A stretch of DNA of 64,000 nt from the NCBI GenBank assembly GCA_964016885.1, contig OZ024755.1, positions 15,686,001 to 15,750,000 of the forward strand. The letters are read 5' to 3'. The first letter of the stretch is position 1. Each line of letters opens with the position of its first letter. Source of the DNA: Eledone cirrhosa (taxonomy: Eukaryota). Below the pieces are notes generated by a model. The model was not told the origin of the DNA. It did not search any database and saw nothing but the letters and a program-made list of their open reading frames with translations. Below, piece by piece: positions 12,461 through 25,699 of this stretch. The translations under genes were made by a program, and so were the position numbers.

Positions 12461-12491
<31 letters not shown>

Positions 12492-12601
12492 CAATCTTTG
12501 TATAGGACGTGTATATATGTGTGTGTGGGGGTGGGGTGGGGGTGAATCTTTGTACAGGACGTTTATATATGTGTATTTATATATATGTATATATATATAT
12601 G

Positions 12602-12636
<35 letters not shown>

Positions 12637-12766
12637 ATATATAAATATGTATAATTAAGTATATGTTCCAGCAGAGTGGACAGCAGCGACGTGAAATAAA
12701 GAGTTTTACTGAAGGATGCAATACACTGCCGAGAATCGAACTCACACCCTTACGGTTGTCTTTGCT

Positions 12767-12856
<90 letters not shown>
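12767..12856. repeat. (GATA)n microsatellite
   Basis: Direct. Confidence 0.95.
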
Positions 12857-12877
12857 CATATATATGTATATATATAT

Positions 12878-13231
12878 AGAAAAAAAGATGAAATCGAAAA
12901 TGCAACTGGAGTCTTATTTTTTTTTTAAATATATATATTTATTTGGTTCCTTTACCGGTTTCGCAGTTCTTCTGCTTTTCAAAAAGTAGAGTTGAGATGG
13001 AGGGTCTGTGGTTTTTCTCAGATGTGAGAAAAACTACAGACCCTCCATCTCAACTCTACTTTTGAAAAGCAGAAGAACTGCGAAACCGGTAAAGGAACCA
13101 AATAAATATATATATTTTTTTTTAAAATAAGACTCCAGTTGCATTTTCGATTTCATCTTTTTTTCTTTATACTTTCACTCGTGTAGGACACCTCGGTTAT
13201 TTTTCATTTTGTAAAAAAACCTCACTTTCTA
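12878..13231 (+). mobile_element. Fold-back hammerhead mini-element in (TA)n, family P2
   Basis: About 143-bp inverted arms 12878-13020 / 13025-13166 with loop GATG, a 65-bp tail, and TA runs on both sides. Confidence 0.85.
13059..13094 (+). ncRNA. Minimal type I hammerhead ribozyme, U3-A8 variant (mirror on minus strand at about 12950-12986)
   Basis: ctt-TTGAAAA-gcag aagaa ctgc-GAAA-ccgg-TA-aag; palindromic stem III ACCGGT; AATAAA follows. Confidence 0.75.
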
Positions 13232-13254
13232 ATATATATATATATATATATTCT

Positions 13255-13375
13255 ACTTACTGTGAGGGTGGTAGGGACAGAGTCATCAAATACTCCTTCC
13301 AGCCAGGTCCTGTCAGAAGCAACCGACTCCAATTGATCCGGATGTATCCCCAAGTGACACCGGCCAAGCTCATAG
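13255..13375 (-). mobile_element. Non-LTR (RTE-like) 3'-end fragment
   Basis: Minus-strand LESVASDRTW resembles the W..LA.DR..W C-terminal motif. Confidence 0.4.
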
Positions 13376-14739
13376 ATGTTATGCAACCGTTTTGCTCAAC
13401 GTATACCTCAGGGTTTCCTGCTGGCTGGTTGTGCTCGTAAATTTGAGGAAGGTTTGGTTTTTATATTTGCCAAGGCATGTGCAAAGAAGCACCTTTATCT
13501 GTGTGTTAAGAGGTTATATGAAATAGAATGTTATTACAACGGCTTGTCTATTATTACCAATTGCAATAGGTGAAATAAATGTCCTAAATGTCTGTTGAAA
13601 TGGTTTACACAACACAGCTTCTTACCTCCCTTCACCAAAAGTTCTTAATATTACCGTGTATCTAATAAATGTTTATTTCTTTATTTACACCGTATTGCTA
13701 TGATGGTATGATAATGTTTTCTTGCAATTCTCTCCATATTCTGATACGACAGCAACCGAGAAGTTTCCCTGTAGTCAAGAGGTTAGAGTGAGAGTTATTT
13801 TCATGGACTGTTGGACTCTCAATTGTAATTTCCAATCTTACATTCTGTATAACTCTTACAGTTTAAGAGATCGTAAAATCGCATCAGTAATTTTCGCCAG
13901 AAAATCACGTTTTTATTCCCATGTCTGATATCCGTATAGCTTCCGTACCAACAAACTAAAGTAAACATGAATCTCTTAAAAATCAATCAAGCAATATATT
14001 AGAAACAGTATTTAAAAGAGAATCGATATAACAGAAGAAAATCAATGTTTTTCTAAAATCTTAAAAGCTTGCTTATTTTAAAAAGAAAAATCTAAAAATA
14101 TATAGTTATTCAAATATTCGCTTATATTGGAACTCTTATTTACTTAGGCGCTTTCCACTATAACTGTTAAAATTAAGATTTTTCTCGCTAATTTACTTTC
14201 CTCCTGTGGTTGATAAAATGTAAAAGGGAAGGTTCAGAGAATAGAATGATAAAATATAACAACATGGACGCTCATATAGTTGTAAAGGATAAGTTTTTAA
14301 TCAAAATTGACATTAGTAAAATCAGTGAAATGAATATTAAGTATAAATATATTAAGTATAAATCCTAGGAGAAAATCGCATTTTTATGAAGCGATTTTGC
14401 TTAAAGAAATGTTTGAAATAAAAATGAAAATAATAATAAATAAACGATGCTGGAAGAAGGGAGAGAAATAATTTAAAAGAAAAAAATAATGAATTCTTCT
14501 ATGATAAGATTTCATTCAAGGTAATAATGGAAATATACCCGAGAGAAGAATAGTGAATTATAACCGACAGAAGAATGCCAAAAATAAAAATTAAAATAAA
14601 TAAATATAATCGAAAGAAGAATGGGGAAAGAAATATATTGTTTTAAATGAAAATATTTTATAAAAAATCAATATTTTTAATATCAAATTTCTAATTGATT
14701 CATTATTTTAAACTTGTAATATATTGAGCAAAACAGAAT

Positions 14740-15340
14740 AATACGTCTTTCCAAGCTCTTCCACTTTACTTTCAATATTTGCATTTCTTTATGCGCTCTA
14801 ACAATTCCAATCCATTTTCAGGTAAGTTTAGCATTGGTGATGCACCTGCCTATTTCTCCTACAACAATAGACCTTCTCTGATAAATATTGATGTCTTATG
14901 AAGTTATATAATCATTCACAGGAAAATAAAATTACATGCTTTGTCGTTTGTGTCATTGTTAAATACAAGTACTACAACCAAACGTTACTGCCACTCTGTA
15001 CCAAACTTGTTATTTCTATTAACTCACTATTAACAATACCATAAACTCATTGATATTTCTATCTACAAGGAATTACTTAACTTTTCATCTTGTTCATATG
15101 TTATACACACCACATATAACATTGATAGTAATCTATTTGTGCTTGTTGGATTCTTACAGCATTAAACTAATACGTCTTTCAGTAAATATATTAAATAATT
15201 CTTCTAGAATGTACCACAAACCAATATTAATCAATGAATTGATTGAAATTTCAATCTGCTAGTATATTTTTCACTTAGTAAGAATGCGTCTTTCGATATC
15301 ATTGTGTAAATTTACATATCTCCTCCCATTATGTCTATCT
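14740..15340 (-). pseudogene. Very decayed non-LTR RT remnant (RTE-like)
   Basis: Only faint RT-like traces. Confidence 0.25.
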
Positions 15341-15751
15341 CGATATATGTGTACGTATGAATAGTGTGCGTATGTCCATGCCTACGTATATATATATTTA
15401 TACATATATTTATATGCCTACATGTGTACGTATTTGGGCGTGTATGTGTATGCATTTATATGTACACATTTACTTGTGCAGTCAATTTGGCATTATCGAT
15501 ACAGTGTTGGATAGTTGTTCCGTGTCTCTGCGCTCTGAGTTCAAATCCTGCCGAATTCCTTTCAAGAACTATTAAGAGAGTATCAGCCCAGTACTTAACA
15601 GTCCGCTTTCCTCCCAGTTGTCACATCCTGAGTGTTCCACAGGATCTGTGAAAGGCGAGGTCGACAGGATTGCATCGTACTAAAACAATTCGTGGTCATA
15701 AGTCGTGGTACATAAGACCACAGCATACTCGATTGTGAGTGACGGATGTAG

Positions 15752-15820
15752 TACATACATACATACATACATACATACATACATACATACATACATACAT
15801 ACATACATACATACATACAT
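15752..15820. repeat. (CATA)n microsatellite
   Basis: Direct; forms the 5' flank of the RLE LINE. Confidence 0.95.
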
Positions 15821-17058
15821 TTGAATGTCGCATCATATCTCTCCGACAACATCTACGAACCTCGAAGCGTAGGAGCCCGTTTCTCGAGCAAATCTATCTG
15901 CATGAAACAGATAAGATCATGAGAGTTGGAAAGGAACCCCTTGAGAGATTTTCCCTGTGTGATGATAAAAAACTCACACCCAGAGATATCGCTCAGCAGT
16001 ATCGCAGTGAATCCATGGATGAAAAACTGCATGCCTATCAACAAAAAATCATGCATGGATATGTTGCCAGGAAGCTCCAGAGTGAGAGTAATATAGATAA
16101 GGAAAGTAGTCTATCTTGGACCAACAACCGCTATATTGGCTCCCACTTTGAAGGGAACAGGAGATTAGCACGAAATACCTGATTCACAAAAGAGATAGGG
16201 ATGCAGGCAAAACACCTAGATGTGATAACAAGTGCAGACTCTGCAGAACTAACATCGAGGATATCACCCATGTCATCAGCAGCTGTCCAAAGATGTCATC
16301 GCGGTACTATCTACCTATGAGGCATGATGTAGTGGCCAAAACACTGTACAATGCAGTTCGTAAAAAAGATAGCCCCGATAATAAACACACTAAAACCTAC
16401 AACAATGTGAAAGACATCCATGTACATAATATGAAAGAGCACTGGTGGAATGTTCCAGTAAAAACCCCAATAAAATGCAGGCATAACAGACCAGATATTA
16501 TGATATGGGACAGGGGGAAGAAAACATGCACAGTAGTGGAAATTAGCTGCCCAGCAGATGCCAATATAATATCAAAGATTAGTGAAAAGGAGAATATGTA
16601 TGCAGAACTGATGAGAAATCTGCAGATACTCCACCCTGATTACACCTTCAGATGTATGCCTGTGATTATTGGGGCAGTGGGATATGTTAGTAACTGCCTC
16701 AATACAAATCTTGAGAAGCTAGGTTTCACAGGAACAGAAAGAACACAACTAGTTAGAAAATTACAAGTACAATCCATTAATGGAACAGTAAAAATATGTA
16801 AAACATTCCAAAAATGTTGCATCTAATAACTGCATATACACATGTACAGATACAAAGCATATACACATGCACACATACAACTCAAAACATACACATCCAC
16901 ACATACAATAACATCTATATCTACACATGCATGCATGCATACATACATATCTACCTAGTTGATGTTGTATAAATTCCAATGAAAGAGTCTTGTGTCTATG
17001 TTAGAAACCGACTCTCTATTGGTAAAACTTTGTGAAATTATAAAACCAGAACATACAT
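15821..17058 (+). mobile_element. 5'-truncated R4/Dong-like non-LTR retrotransposon (CCHC zinc finger + restriction-like endonuclease)
   Basis: MHGY...SHFEG, frameshift near 16155, then QEISTKY, CRLC...ITHVISSC, RHDVVAK, HNRPDI...VEISCP, EK...Y, PVIIGAVG; stop at 16826; 3' UTR ends in acatacata. Confidence 0.92.
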
Positions 17059-17329
17059 AGAGAGTCTCATCTAGACATATGCACATATAGATCAATCAAT
17101 TTGATGTTAATGATCTCTGGCAAAATATTAGGAAACGTAGTATTTAAGGGCAGAATTCCAACAAGGAATAATGAAGATAAATAATAATAACAATAATAAA
17201 GATATGCAAAGTGACGTTTGGATGTGAGACAAGATATGCTCCGGGCAGAAAAATAGGTGATTTTTATTGGCAGAAAAAAAGTTGGGCGGAGTTGAGTAAT
17301 CTATTTGATTTTGATTTTTTATGGATGAC

Positions 17330-17375
<46 letters not shown>

Positions 17376-17376
<1 letters not shown>

Positions 17377-17613
17377 GTAGGTCCGGGTTGAGTCGGGGAT
17401 AACCACAGTAAGTAAGGTACTCAATACATGGCAGAGTAAATTTTTTTTATTTTATAGAAGGAGCTTCTACAGGACTAGTACTGTTTCATTCAGATGAAAT
17501 CTTCAGAGTAGTACTATTTCATTCAGATGAAATCTTCAGAGCTTCCTGAAGATTTCATCTGAATGAAACAGTACTAGTCCTGTAGAAGCTCCTTCTATAA
17601 AATAAAAATAAAA

Positions 17614-17614
<1 letters not shown>
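17376..17614. mobile_element. Fold-back hammerhead mini-element in (TA)n with three ribozyme cores, family P3
   Basis: Inverted arms about 17441-17506 / 17546-17610, an extra internal core copy 17509-17539, tail 17376-17440; TA runs on both sides. Confidence 0.85.
17546..17579 (+). ncRNA. Hammerhead core (two more on minus strand at 17473-17506 and 17509-17539)
   Basis: CTGAAGA-t ttca tc tgaa t-GAAA-cagtactag-TC; stem I incomplete because of 5' truncation. Confidence 0.55.
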
Positions 17615-17664
<50 letters not shown>

Positions 17665-17680
17665 TGTATGTATGTATGTG

Positions 17681-17718
<38 letters not shown>

Positions 17719-17753
17719 TGTGAGTAAGATATATATTCATTTATGCTGCATGC

Positions 17754-17787
<34 letters not shown>

Positions 17788-18741
17788 ATATAATATACAT
17801 ATATAAATATGTGTGTGTGTGTGTGTAAAGATAGAAATATAGATAACTGAAATGCATATGAAGTTTGCATGAAATAATTCTGTTTTGTGTTTTCTTTTTT
17901 TTTTTGGTATTGCTGGGTAACACTCTCTTCTTGGAGAAGTCTGCCTACTGCTATAGCTTACTGTGAGTGAACGTAGCTCTGCTGAGCTGTGGTGCTGTGT
18001 TAAATACCTGTTGATCGCTGACGTCTTTATATAATAACACACACATACATATACAATCAAAATCACATACAGACACATGTACGCACACACACATACACAT
18101 GCATAAATAGCCACATATGCACACAGTGGCATACATACAAATGTATTTACAAAACCACAACCACACACACACATATATATATATATATAATGGTATAAAC
18201 AAAAATACATAGACACAGTACATAAAAAGTCACACACAATCATACCTAGGCATAGATAGTAACATACAGAAAAATACATGATCACTGTTCCATACACACA
18301 CATGCACAAGCATATCTACGCGCGCACACACACACACATATGTATGTATGTATAAATGTCTCTCTCCCCCTCCCTCTGTATATATGTGTGCGTGCGTGCG
18401 CGTGTGTGCGTGCGCGTGTGTATGCGTTCGCGTGTGCGTGTGCATGTGTGTAGATAGATAGAGAGAGAGAGAGAGATATGTGTGTGTGTGTGGTGGGGGT
18501 GAGTGTATGTATGCATGTCGGGTCACTCTTGAGTGCTACTGGTAAATAACCGGCAACCCCACCAAGTTTACTTGGTGAGGGGGTGTTTTGGACATCCTGC
18601 CGGACAAAAAACAAAACCTGACAAAGGGCGGAAGAACTCATAAGAGTCAACGGCCATCCAAAAGTGTGTAAATATGTATATACACATGTACATATGTATG
18701 TATGTGTGTATATGCATGGGTGCATGTGTATGTATATGCGC

Positions 18742-19100
18742 AGGGACATAGAAATAGTCGGGCTGGACACCCGATCACGTGGTTAAACCACTGGGAGTGA
18801 AGGACCCCTAGCCTTTGTCAGGGCATTCTTCTAGAAGGCAACTCAGGAAACTGGGATAACTCCGATATAAAACCTGCAGCTCAGTAGTTACCGATGATGT
18901 TGATATTTTCTTCTTTTCGGGTTATAGCTACTGTCGCTCAGAGAGTGGGATTGGCTCAGTGCACAGTCTTTCCTCACTTTAACAAATATCTTCACGCACA
19001 GGCATTGCACGATAGAATTAATTAATAATTATTAATAATGGTATATCGTGCAATGGTCATACTCGATAATGAGGAGGCAGCCATCATGTATGTATGTATG
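18742..19100 (+). mobile_element. Unclassified retroposon with (ATGT)n tail
   Basis: 3' 110 bp recurs at 60161-60273; both end in catcatgtatgtatg. Confidence 0.6.
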
Positions 19101-20637
19101 TGGAGAGAGGTCCTTGATAGATAAGGTGCTATTTGTCTCTATAGTAACATATGGTTTTAGCTAGCTCCATCTGTGATATGGGCTAATGACTGTTAATCTA
19201 TAACTATTACTTGAGGCAGAGAGGAGAGACTGGGGAAGATTTAGAGGGCCATATATATATATATGTGTGTGTGTAGAGAGATAGGAGCGAGAGAAGTGAG
19301 AGGAGACAGAGATAGTGAGAGCTCAGGGGGAGAGTTTATACACACATACACATACAGAAATGTAATGCGTGTCTGTTAAATGTATATAGATAGGAGGTAG
19401 ATAGATAGATATATAGATAGCTAGAGACATACATACATACATGCGTAGGGAGATGGATAGATAGTCAGATAGATAAATTGAAAGGAAAAGATAGAAAGGA
19501 ATTAGGGAAGAGGGGGAGTTAGATTTATTAAAGAGTAGTAGTAGTAGTAGTATCAGCAGAAGAATAATAGTAGTGGTGGTGATGGTGTTTATATATATTT
19601 ACATATGCAGGTGTTAGCATGCTTTAATAACATTAAACCAAAACACTTTCATTCAAGCTTTAAAATTAAGTTTAATGATGGTTTCTGATTTAGACATAAA
19701 GCCAAATATTTGGAGGAAGGGGCAAATCGATTAGATCTACCTCAGTTTATAACTGGTGCTCTATTTTGCATCGTAAAAATTATTTAACCAAAAATTCTCT
19801 CATATCTTTATAGATATAAATTTTCATAGTTTTAAATAAAATGTTCATGATATTTATATAAATTGTGACTTTTGCTCCCGTCTCGTTGTTCTCTGACATA
19901 TTTTTCTGAACATATAACAATGAAATGGCTTCGAAAACACACAACACTAAATGACATTCTTAAGTTCATACAATCGTTACAATGGTGTTGGGATGGATAT
20001 TATACCTTGAGGATGAGTGACAACAGATGAACGTAACACCTGACCTGACCGAATAGATTCCGAGGTTACTGAGAAAGAAACTGTAGGCAACAATGTACAA
20101 GCTGAGGTAAATTAGTGGATGTATTTGACAAAATACTGGAGAGCCTATACTCAATAACGAAAGTTATAGAGTTAAATAGAAGCTCTTTTATCAAGGAAGA
20201 GTAAATTCTGATATGATTACCTACAGTTGGACGCTAATATATTTAATAGAGTGAGCCAAGAAATTTTAATTAAAATTATAGCCATAGTGAGGAGAAAATA
20301 GTCATTAGCATAATGATTAATTCTGGTGTGAGGAGACAGGAAAGACTACCTCAATATAAAAATTAATTAAATAAATTAATTGAAAATGGAATGTAATGAG
20401 AAGTGTGTAAGTGTAGTTCCAACTGAGTAGAAACAACTTTGCAATGCTTATCATGGCAGTATTCATGGGCTTATGGTGCACAGAGTTTACCTCTTAATGT
20501 GAGTTGTTATTCTTGATGATGTTACTATTGTTGATGTCGTTGTTTATCTCCCATGTCGTCCCTGATCGTGCAGACATATTATTAAAGGCATATGAGCCAG
20601 GTCCACTCGAATTAATTTCAACTATATTATATCATAA

Positions 20638-20950
20638 GGCGGCGGATTGGCAGGGTGTAATAGGGCGTTTTGCGGTATTCGTTCCGGCTCTCTTCTCTCT
20701 GAGACCAAATCTCACCGAAATCAACTTTGCCTTTCATCCGTTCGAGATCGATAAAAAAAAGTATCAGCCAAATACTGGGATCGATTCTTTCTGTATATCT
20801 TTTTCTCACTTCCATTTTCCCACTCTCTATCTTTCTCTAAAAGAAATCTACTATAATATGACCTAGAGAGGAGATGGGCTCCGCTAGGTTGGAAAATGCC
20901 ATAGAAACGGCGCCCTTGCGAATCCCTCAAGAGTTACAGGACCACACATG
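20638..20950 (+). mobile_element. SINE family A'
   Basis: GGCGGCGGATTGGCAG head, CTTTGCCTTTCATCC core, tail CTAGAAACGGCGCCC...GAGTTACAGGACCA. Confidence 0.8.
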
Positions 20951-21114
20951 CATGAGTGTATGATAGACAACACAATCCAATATGTAGTTTTATGAGTGTC
21001 GCTAGTTTATGATTTATGGTATAATTGACTGCCATTTCTAGCATGTCGAATGATGCCATGGATGCTCTCTTGCATGTTGAACATGAGAGTGTTGTGAGTT
21101 TCAAAAAATGACAT

Positions 21115-21726
21115 TTCATTAGCTCATTTCTAACGAAAGACACTGCCTATGATTTTCAATAAATTTTAAAAGCAATAAAGAATTTCAAAGGAATTAAGAT
21201 ATATAACTACCTTTATTATTATTTGGTTTCAAAGGGCGGTGGGTTGGTAGTATCAGTAGACTGTCAGACAGCATGCTTTGTAACATATAGCTACGTCCTT
21301 TTATGTTCTGAGTTCAAATTAGCTTTTATCGAGTCCCTCCCCCAAAATTGTTGGTAGTGCGGTATGGTAGAAGTATTGGTAGATCTCATAACATGGTTTG
21401 CGGCATTAAGTTACACCCATTTACGAGTCCAAATCCCGTAGAGTTTAGATATGCCTTCCATCCTTACATGGTCATTAAAATAAATTACCATTGACACCCT
21501 AGGGTCGATTTAGTCGTCTTTTCCCCCTATCTTTCAAATTGCAGGCCTTGTGCCAAAAGTAGAAACAAGTATTTTTTTTAGCTGATATTTGAAACATAAC
21601 CTCCTAACAAAAGTGCTGACATAAAATTATAGGAAGTTTTAAAAATATATATAAACACTTTAAAACAAACACTTTTGTGTCATAAAACCGGAGAAGCTTT
21701 CAAGTGATTTGGTATCAAAGGGGTTA
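21115..21726. mobile_element. piggyBac-like MITE interrupted by SINE A copies (about 21234-21570)
   Basis: Ends GTATCAAAGGGGTTAA; left part matches 8550-8610. Confidence 0.5.
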
Positions 21727-22764
21727 AATATGTTACATGGTGTCTAAACTTTAATTGAAACTCTCCATGTGTATCTCTCTGAACATAATCTACTCTGTAT
21801 AAAAACGTATTTAATTATTGTTACTTGTTATATATACAAGACTAACCATCTCTAGTATAATAGTGTTTGTGTCCTCTCTATGGTTGTCCGCATGTAATGT
21901 AATCTCCATTATGTGTTGTTTATTTTTATATATTTTAGGGTTTAATAGATAGATTTTAGTTGATTTTTTTTTCTTGGTTGGTATATAAAGGTTGTCTCCC
22001 GCTAAGCTCTTATTGAATGTGTATGTGTAAACTATGTGTGTATATGTGTGTATATGTACGTTTGTGTATGTGGATGCTATTGATGAGTGTTTGTATTATA
22101 TTTTACATTTCTGTCAGTATAAATAAATGTTGCATGCGCTTGTATGGGAAAAGTATGTGTACCTGTACGTTTGTCATTAGCAATATATAGATATATAGGT
22201 TCGTGTGTTGTATATATATACGCGTGTATATATATATATAGAGAGTGATAGATATATATATATGTATGCATATATATACTTGTATATATATATATATACG
22301 AATGTATATATATACGTGTGTATATGTATGTATGTATCTATCTATCTATCTGTCTATGCATGAGTATATTTATATATGTGTGCATGTATATATATATATG
22401 TTGAACACGTATATATTTTACAATCTTGTTAGTATAAACGTGATGTATGTGTTTTTCTGTGTAAATTATGACTTATCTGTGTGTTTATGCTATTAACAAG
22501 TATATGTATTGTATATTTCACATTCTAGTTAATATACATATGTGTTACATATACCTATCACATCATTAAATGCAGATCTAAAAGTTTTGAAAAGTCTTCA
22601 ACGACTTCTCTGGCTTGTTCATTGAATGAATCAGCATGATACGAATTAATCTTGTCTGTTCTCTCTTAGAAAAATGGTTGCTATTAAGTATTTTCTAAAA
22701 TGTCCCCTACGCTAATGGTAAGGTACAGGTTTAAAGTGGAGTCGTCCATTTGTCTAAAGAATTG

Positions 22765-22960
22765 TAGCTAGCCACCTACTTGTGAAAGTGAACCTTATCG
22801 GTTACGTCGACCACTGAGACAAGTCAGCCATTTGTAGTAATGAAATTAATTCGCTACCTGTCACATATTAGTCAGCTACCTGTAGTAGTGAGATTAATCA
22901 CTTAAATATAGTAGTGTTGCTAGTCACCTACCTGTAGTAGTGAGACTAGTTACCTGCCAC
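22765..22960. repeat. Degenerate minisatellite, unit about 24-25 bp (agtcagctacctgtagtagtgagatt-like)
   Basis: Recurring ctacctgtagtagtgaga. Confidence 0.6.
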
Positions 22961-23006
22961 CTTGATCATTGCGTTAAATGTACATGTGCCAGTGGAATAC
23001 TCCACG

Positions 23007-23340
23007 TGAAGGCGTACAGCTTAGGCGTTAGGTTGCTGGCTTCACTATAGTTAGTAAGGCCATGGGTTCGATTTCTGAACCAAGGGACGCATTGTGCCCT
23101 TGAGCAACAGGTTTCATTTCACGTCCCTATGACTATTTCCATGGGTCCCATATAATTAAAACACAAAACAAAATCTCAGATGGGATGTAATCTTACATAG
23201 GTATGAGCTAAATATTTCATTTTTTTATTTTCTATCTTTCAATACTCAGCCATATGCATATTAATTTTATATGAGGGTTGATCCTTTGATCACATAAATG
23301 GAACATTTGTCGTCGAAACCGACGAAAGACCTACGACACT
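23007..23340 (+). mobile_element. SINE family B
   Basis: GTGAAGGCG head, GGTTCGATT B box, GTGCCCTTGAGCAA. Confidence 0.6.
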
Positions 23341-24019
23341 ATATTGTCAGTCATTTCTTTGATTATAGTAGCTTTCTCAGCTCATATCTTCCCCTAGATG
23401 TCGAATGCTTCATTTCTTTTTCTTTTTCTTTTTTTTGCCTTTTTTCGTCTTTTTTTTCTTGAATTTGGTGGCAAAAACTTTCTTTTTTAATTCATTATAT
23501 AGTTTCTTTTTATCTTATCGAAACATTTTATTTGCTTGGTTAGCTTTATTATTTTTTCAAATCTCTTTGTTCTCTACTTTTTCAAATTTACCTTCTAATT
23601 AAAATTCTCTTTTGTTTCTTGAATATTTCGATATTAAAAGAAATCAATTTTGTATTTTTGTATCCCGTTGCTTTATTTTCAATTTTTTAAAATACATTCT
23701 TTTTTTTTTCTTTTTAAGTCATTTATTTTGAATTTCACATATTACTGTATACGTTTCTTTATTGATGTCTATGTTTCATTTTCTTTTGTTCTCGTTTGGC
23801 TATTTTTTATCCTCCGCTGTTTCTATTGTTTGTGTTTTCATTGATTTCAATGCTAACGTCTTCCGTTATAAAGTGGACAGTTGGGTAAATTACATATTTC
23901 ATATCAGATATATTAAATGCCTTGTCTTCATTTTAATTCAGGTACATCATTGTTCACTTGTTTGATTAATACTGTGTATGAATTATAAATTCCACGTCTT
24001 CACTTTCAACTGTATATAC

Positions 24020-24440
24020 ATTAATCGTCATGCCAACAGCGACTTATGTTCGCGAGATGTAGAAAAAGACCAGTGAATCTATAGAACTGCGGATATCTTC
24101 CACGGACATTACCATAATACTATTTTAAGAATTTCTTAGCGTAACCACATCACGAATGAAGTGGGCATGCAAAGGGCTGGGCTCAGTAATCTACGGTATA
24201 CCATAATCGTGAGATGGCCGAAGATACTCGTCTATGTGCTACGTAAGCCTAAGAAAGGACCAGTGAGAGTTTATTTCGAGTGAAAACCAGAGCTGGTAAA
24301 CCTCATGAAAGGGCTTGTGGTGGGTGGAGATCTTTCATCGTCCAATGCTCCATGGTGAGGAAGACTGCATTGTTGCATAACTCATGATCTGATCAATACT
24401 TGATCAGGTTTCGTTTTGCTGTGTACATCTTACAGGTGTT
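24020..24440 (+). pseudogene. RTE-clade LINE 3' remnant
   Basis: VMPTATY, DIFH, ILRIS, NHITNEV, QRAG, VLRKP..RPVR, E*KP motifs with frameshifts. Confidence 0.7.
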
Positions 24441-25141
24441 AACGTTTAGAATCAAAACAAACCAGGGTATTGTGTCAGGCAAGCAGTATCTCAATACATT
24501 CCTACACCGAAATTTTGATTTGGAGAAAAGCTGGCATTTACTCACAAAACATACTCTATCTAATCATCAGTAGTGTTTTTTGTTTTTTTTTCCAGTGTTG
24601 TTATTTGTTATATGTAGTTGTAATGTAATTTCCTATACGGACCCATTTACTGTTTGTTTATAAAAGTGTTGTCTAATACAGTAAACATTTTTAAAAGGTT
24701 CCTCGCTGAATGTATTTCTATTTGTTCCTAAAATCTTCGGCTCCATCCATATGTAGGTTATTGATATCGATTTGTGTTATTCTTTCTTTTGTTGCTTTTG
24801 ACATTCAGCTGACGCTCCATTTCCCACACACTAAACCGAATTGTCATAAGAATTATAGAATAATGGAAATATTGTAAATTTTTCATTACCTTTTTCACAA
24901 CTGTCCTTTGTGAAAGTATTTGAGAAAGAAAAACAAATCTCTGAATGTATCACGTTCATGTCAGCTACATATGACGAGTCTATAAGGCGCCAATCTCCCG
25001 ATCGAAGGGTCTACTGTTTGTATCTTGTGATCAACGATGTAATTAGTTCAAATTCTCAAATGGTCCATTCCACCTAAATGTAAGTTGGTAATATATACGA
25101 TGCGTGTATGTGGAGCCTGTCATAAGCTGGACCACAGTATA

Positions 25142-25298
25142 TACGAGGGTCGGCTGGAAAGTTTATGAGCTGGCCGAGATACTCTCATGGAATGATCAAA
25201 GGAGGTTTATTTTTCAACATAGTCCATGGAAAAGAAACAATGTAGTTATTAATAAGAAGAGTTGAAATTGAATCATGTAAGATTTCACTGCTCTAGCA
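25142..25298. mobile_element. Tc1/mariner-type MITE, one end missing
   Basis: TA-CGAGGGTCGGCTGGAAAGTT TIR; body matches 32598-32788. Confidence 0.8.
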
Positions 25299-25699
25299 TA
25301 CATGTGCTTGTGCAATACTTAACCACTTTCATGATAATTTCATGAGTAGGCTGCTTTGTTGACTAATCAACTGGAACATTCATCCATGAAACTAACGAAA
25401 GTACATTCCATTCCATTTGGTTTCTCTCATGAAATGTTGATGCAGCATGTTCAACTCTTATCTAATTATATGTATGTTTCTCAATCATGTAAGAGTTAGA
25501 AACATTTTATAATTACCGTGGGATAATTATCAGCGAATTGGCATAGTCGTTAAAGTGCCTGATTAAACACCTCGGTATTTGCCCCGGTTCTCTGTACTCT
25601 GATATCAAATCCTGCCGAGTTCAACTTCGCATTTCATCCTTTCTAGTTGATAAATAAAATACTAGTCCAGGATTGGTGAATTCGGAGGATTGCTAAAGA

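Noticed and set aside
17838-17882. Hammerhead-like CTGAA-atgca...tgcat-GAAA-taat-TC
   Set aside because: G8/A9 missing and stem I poor; at best a relic
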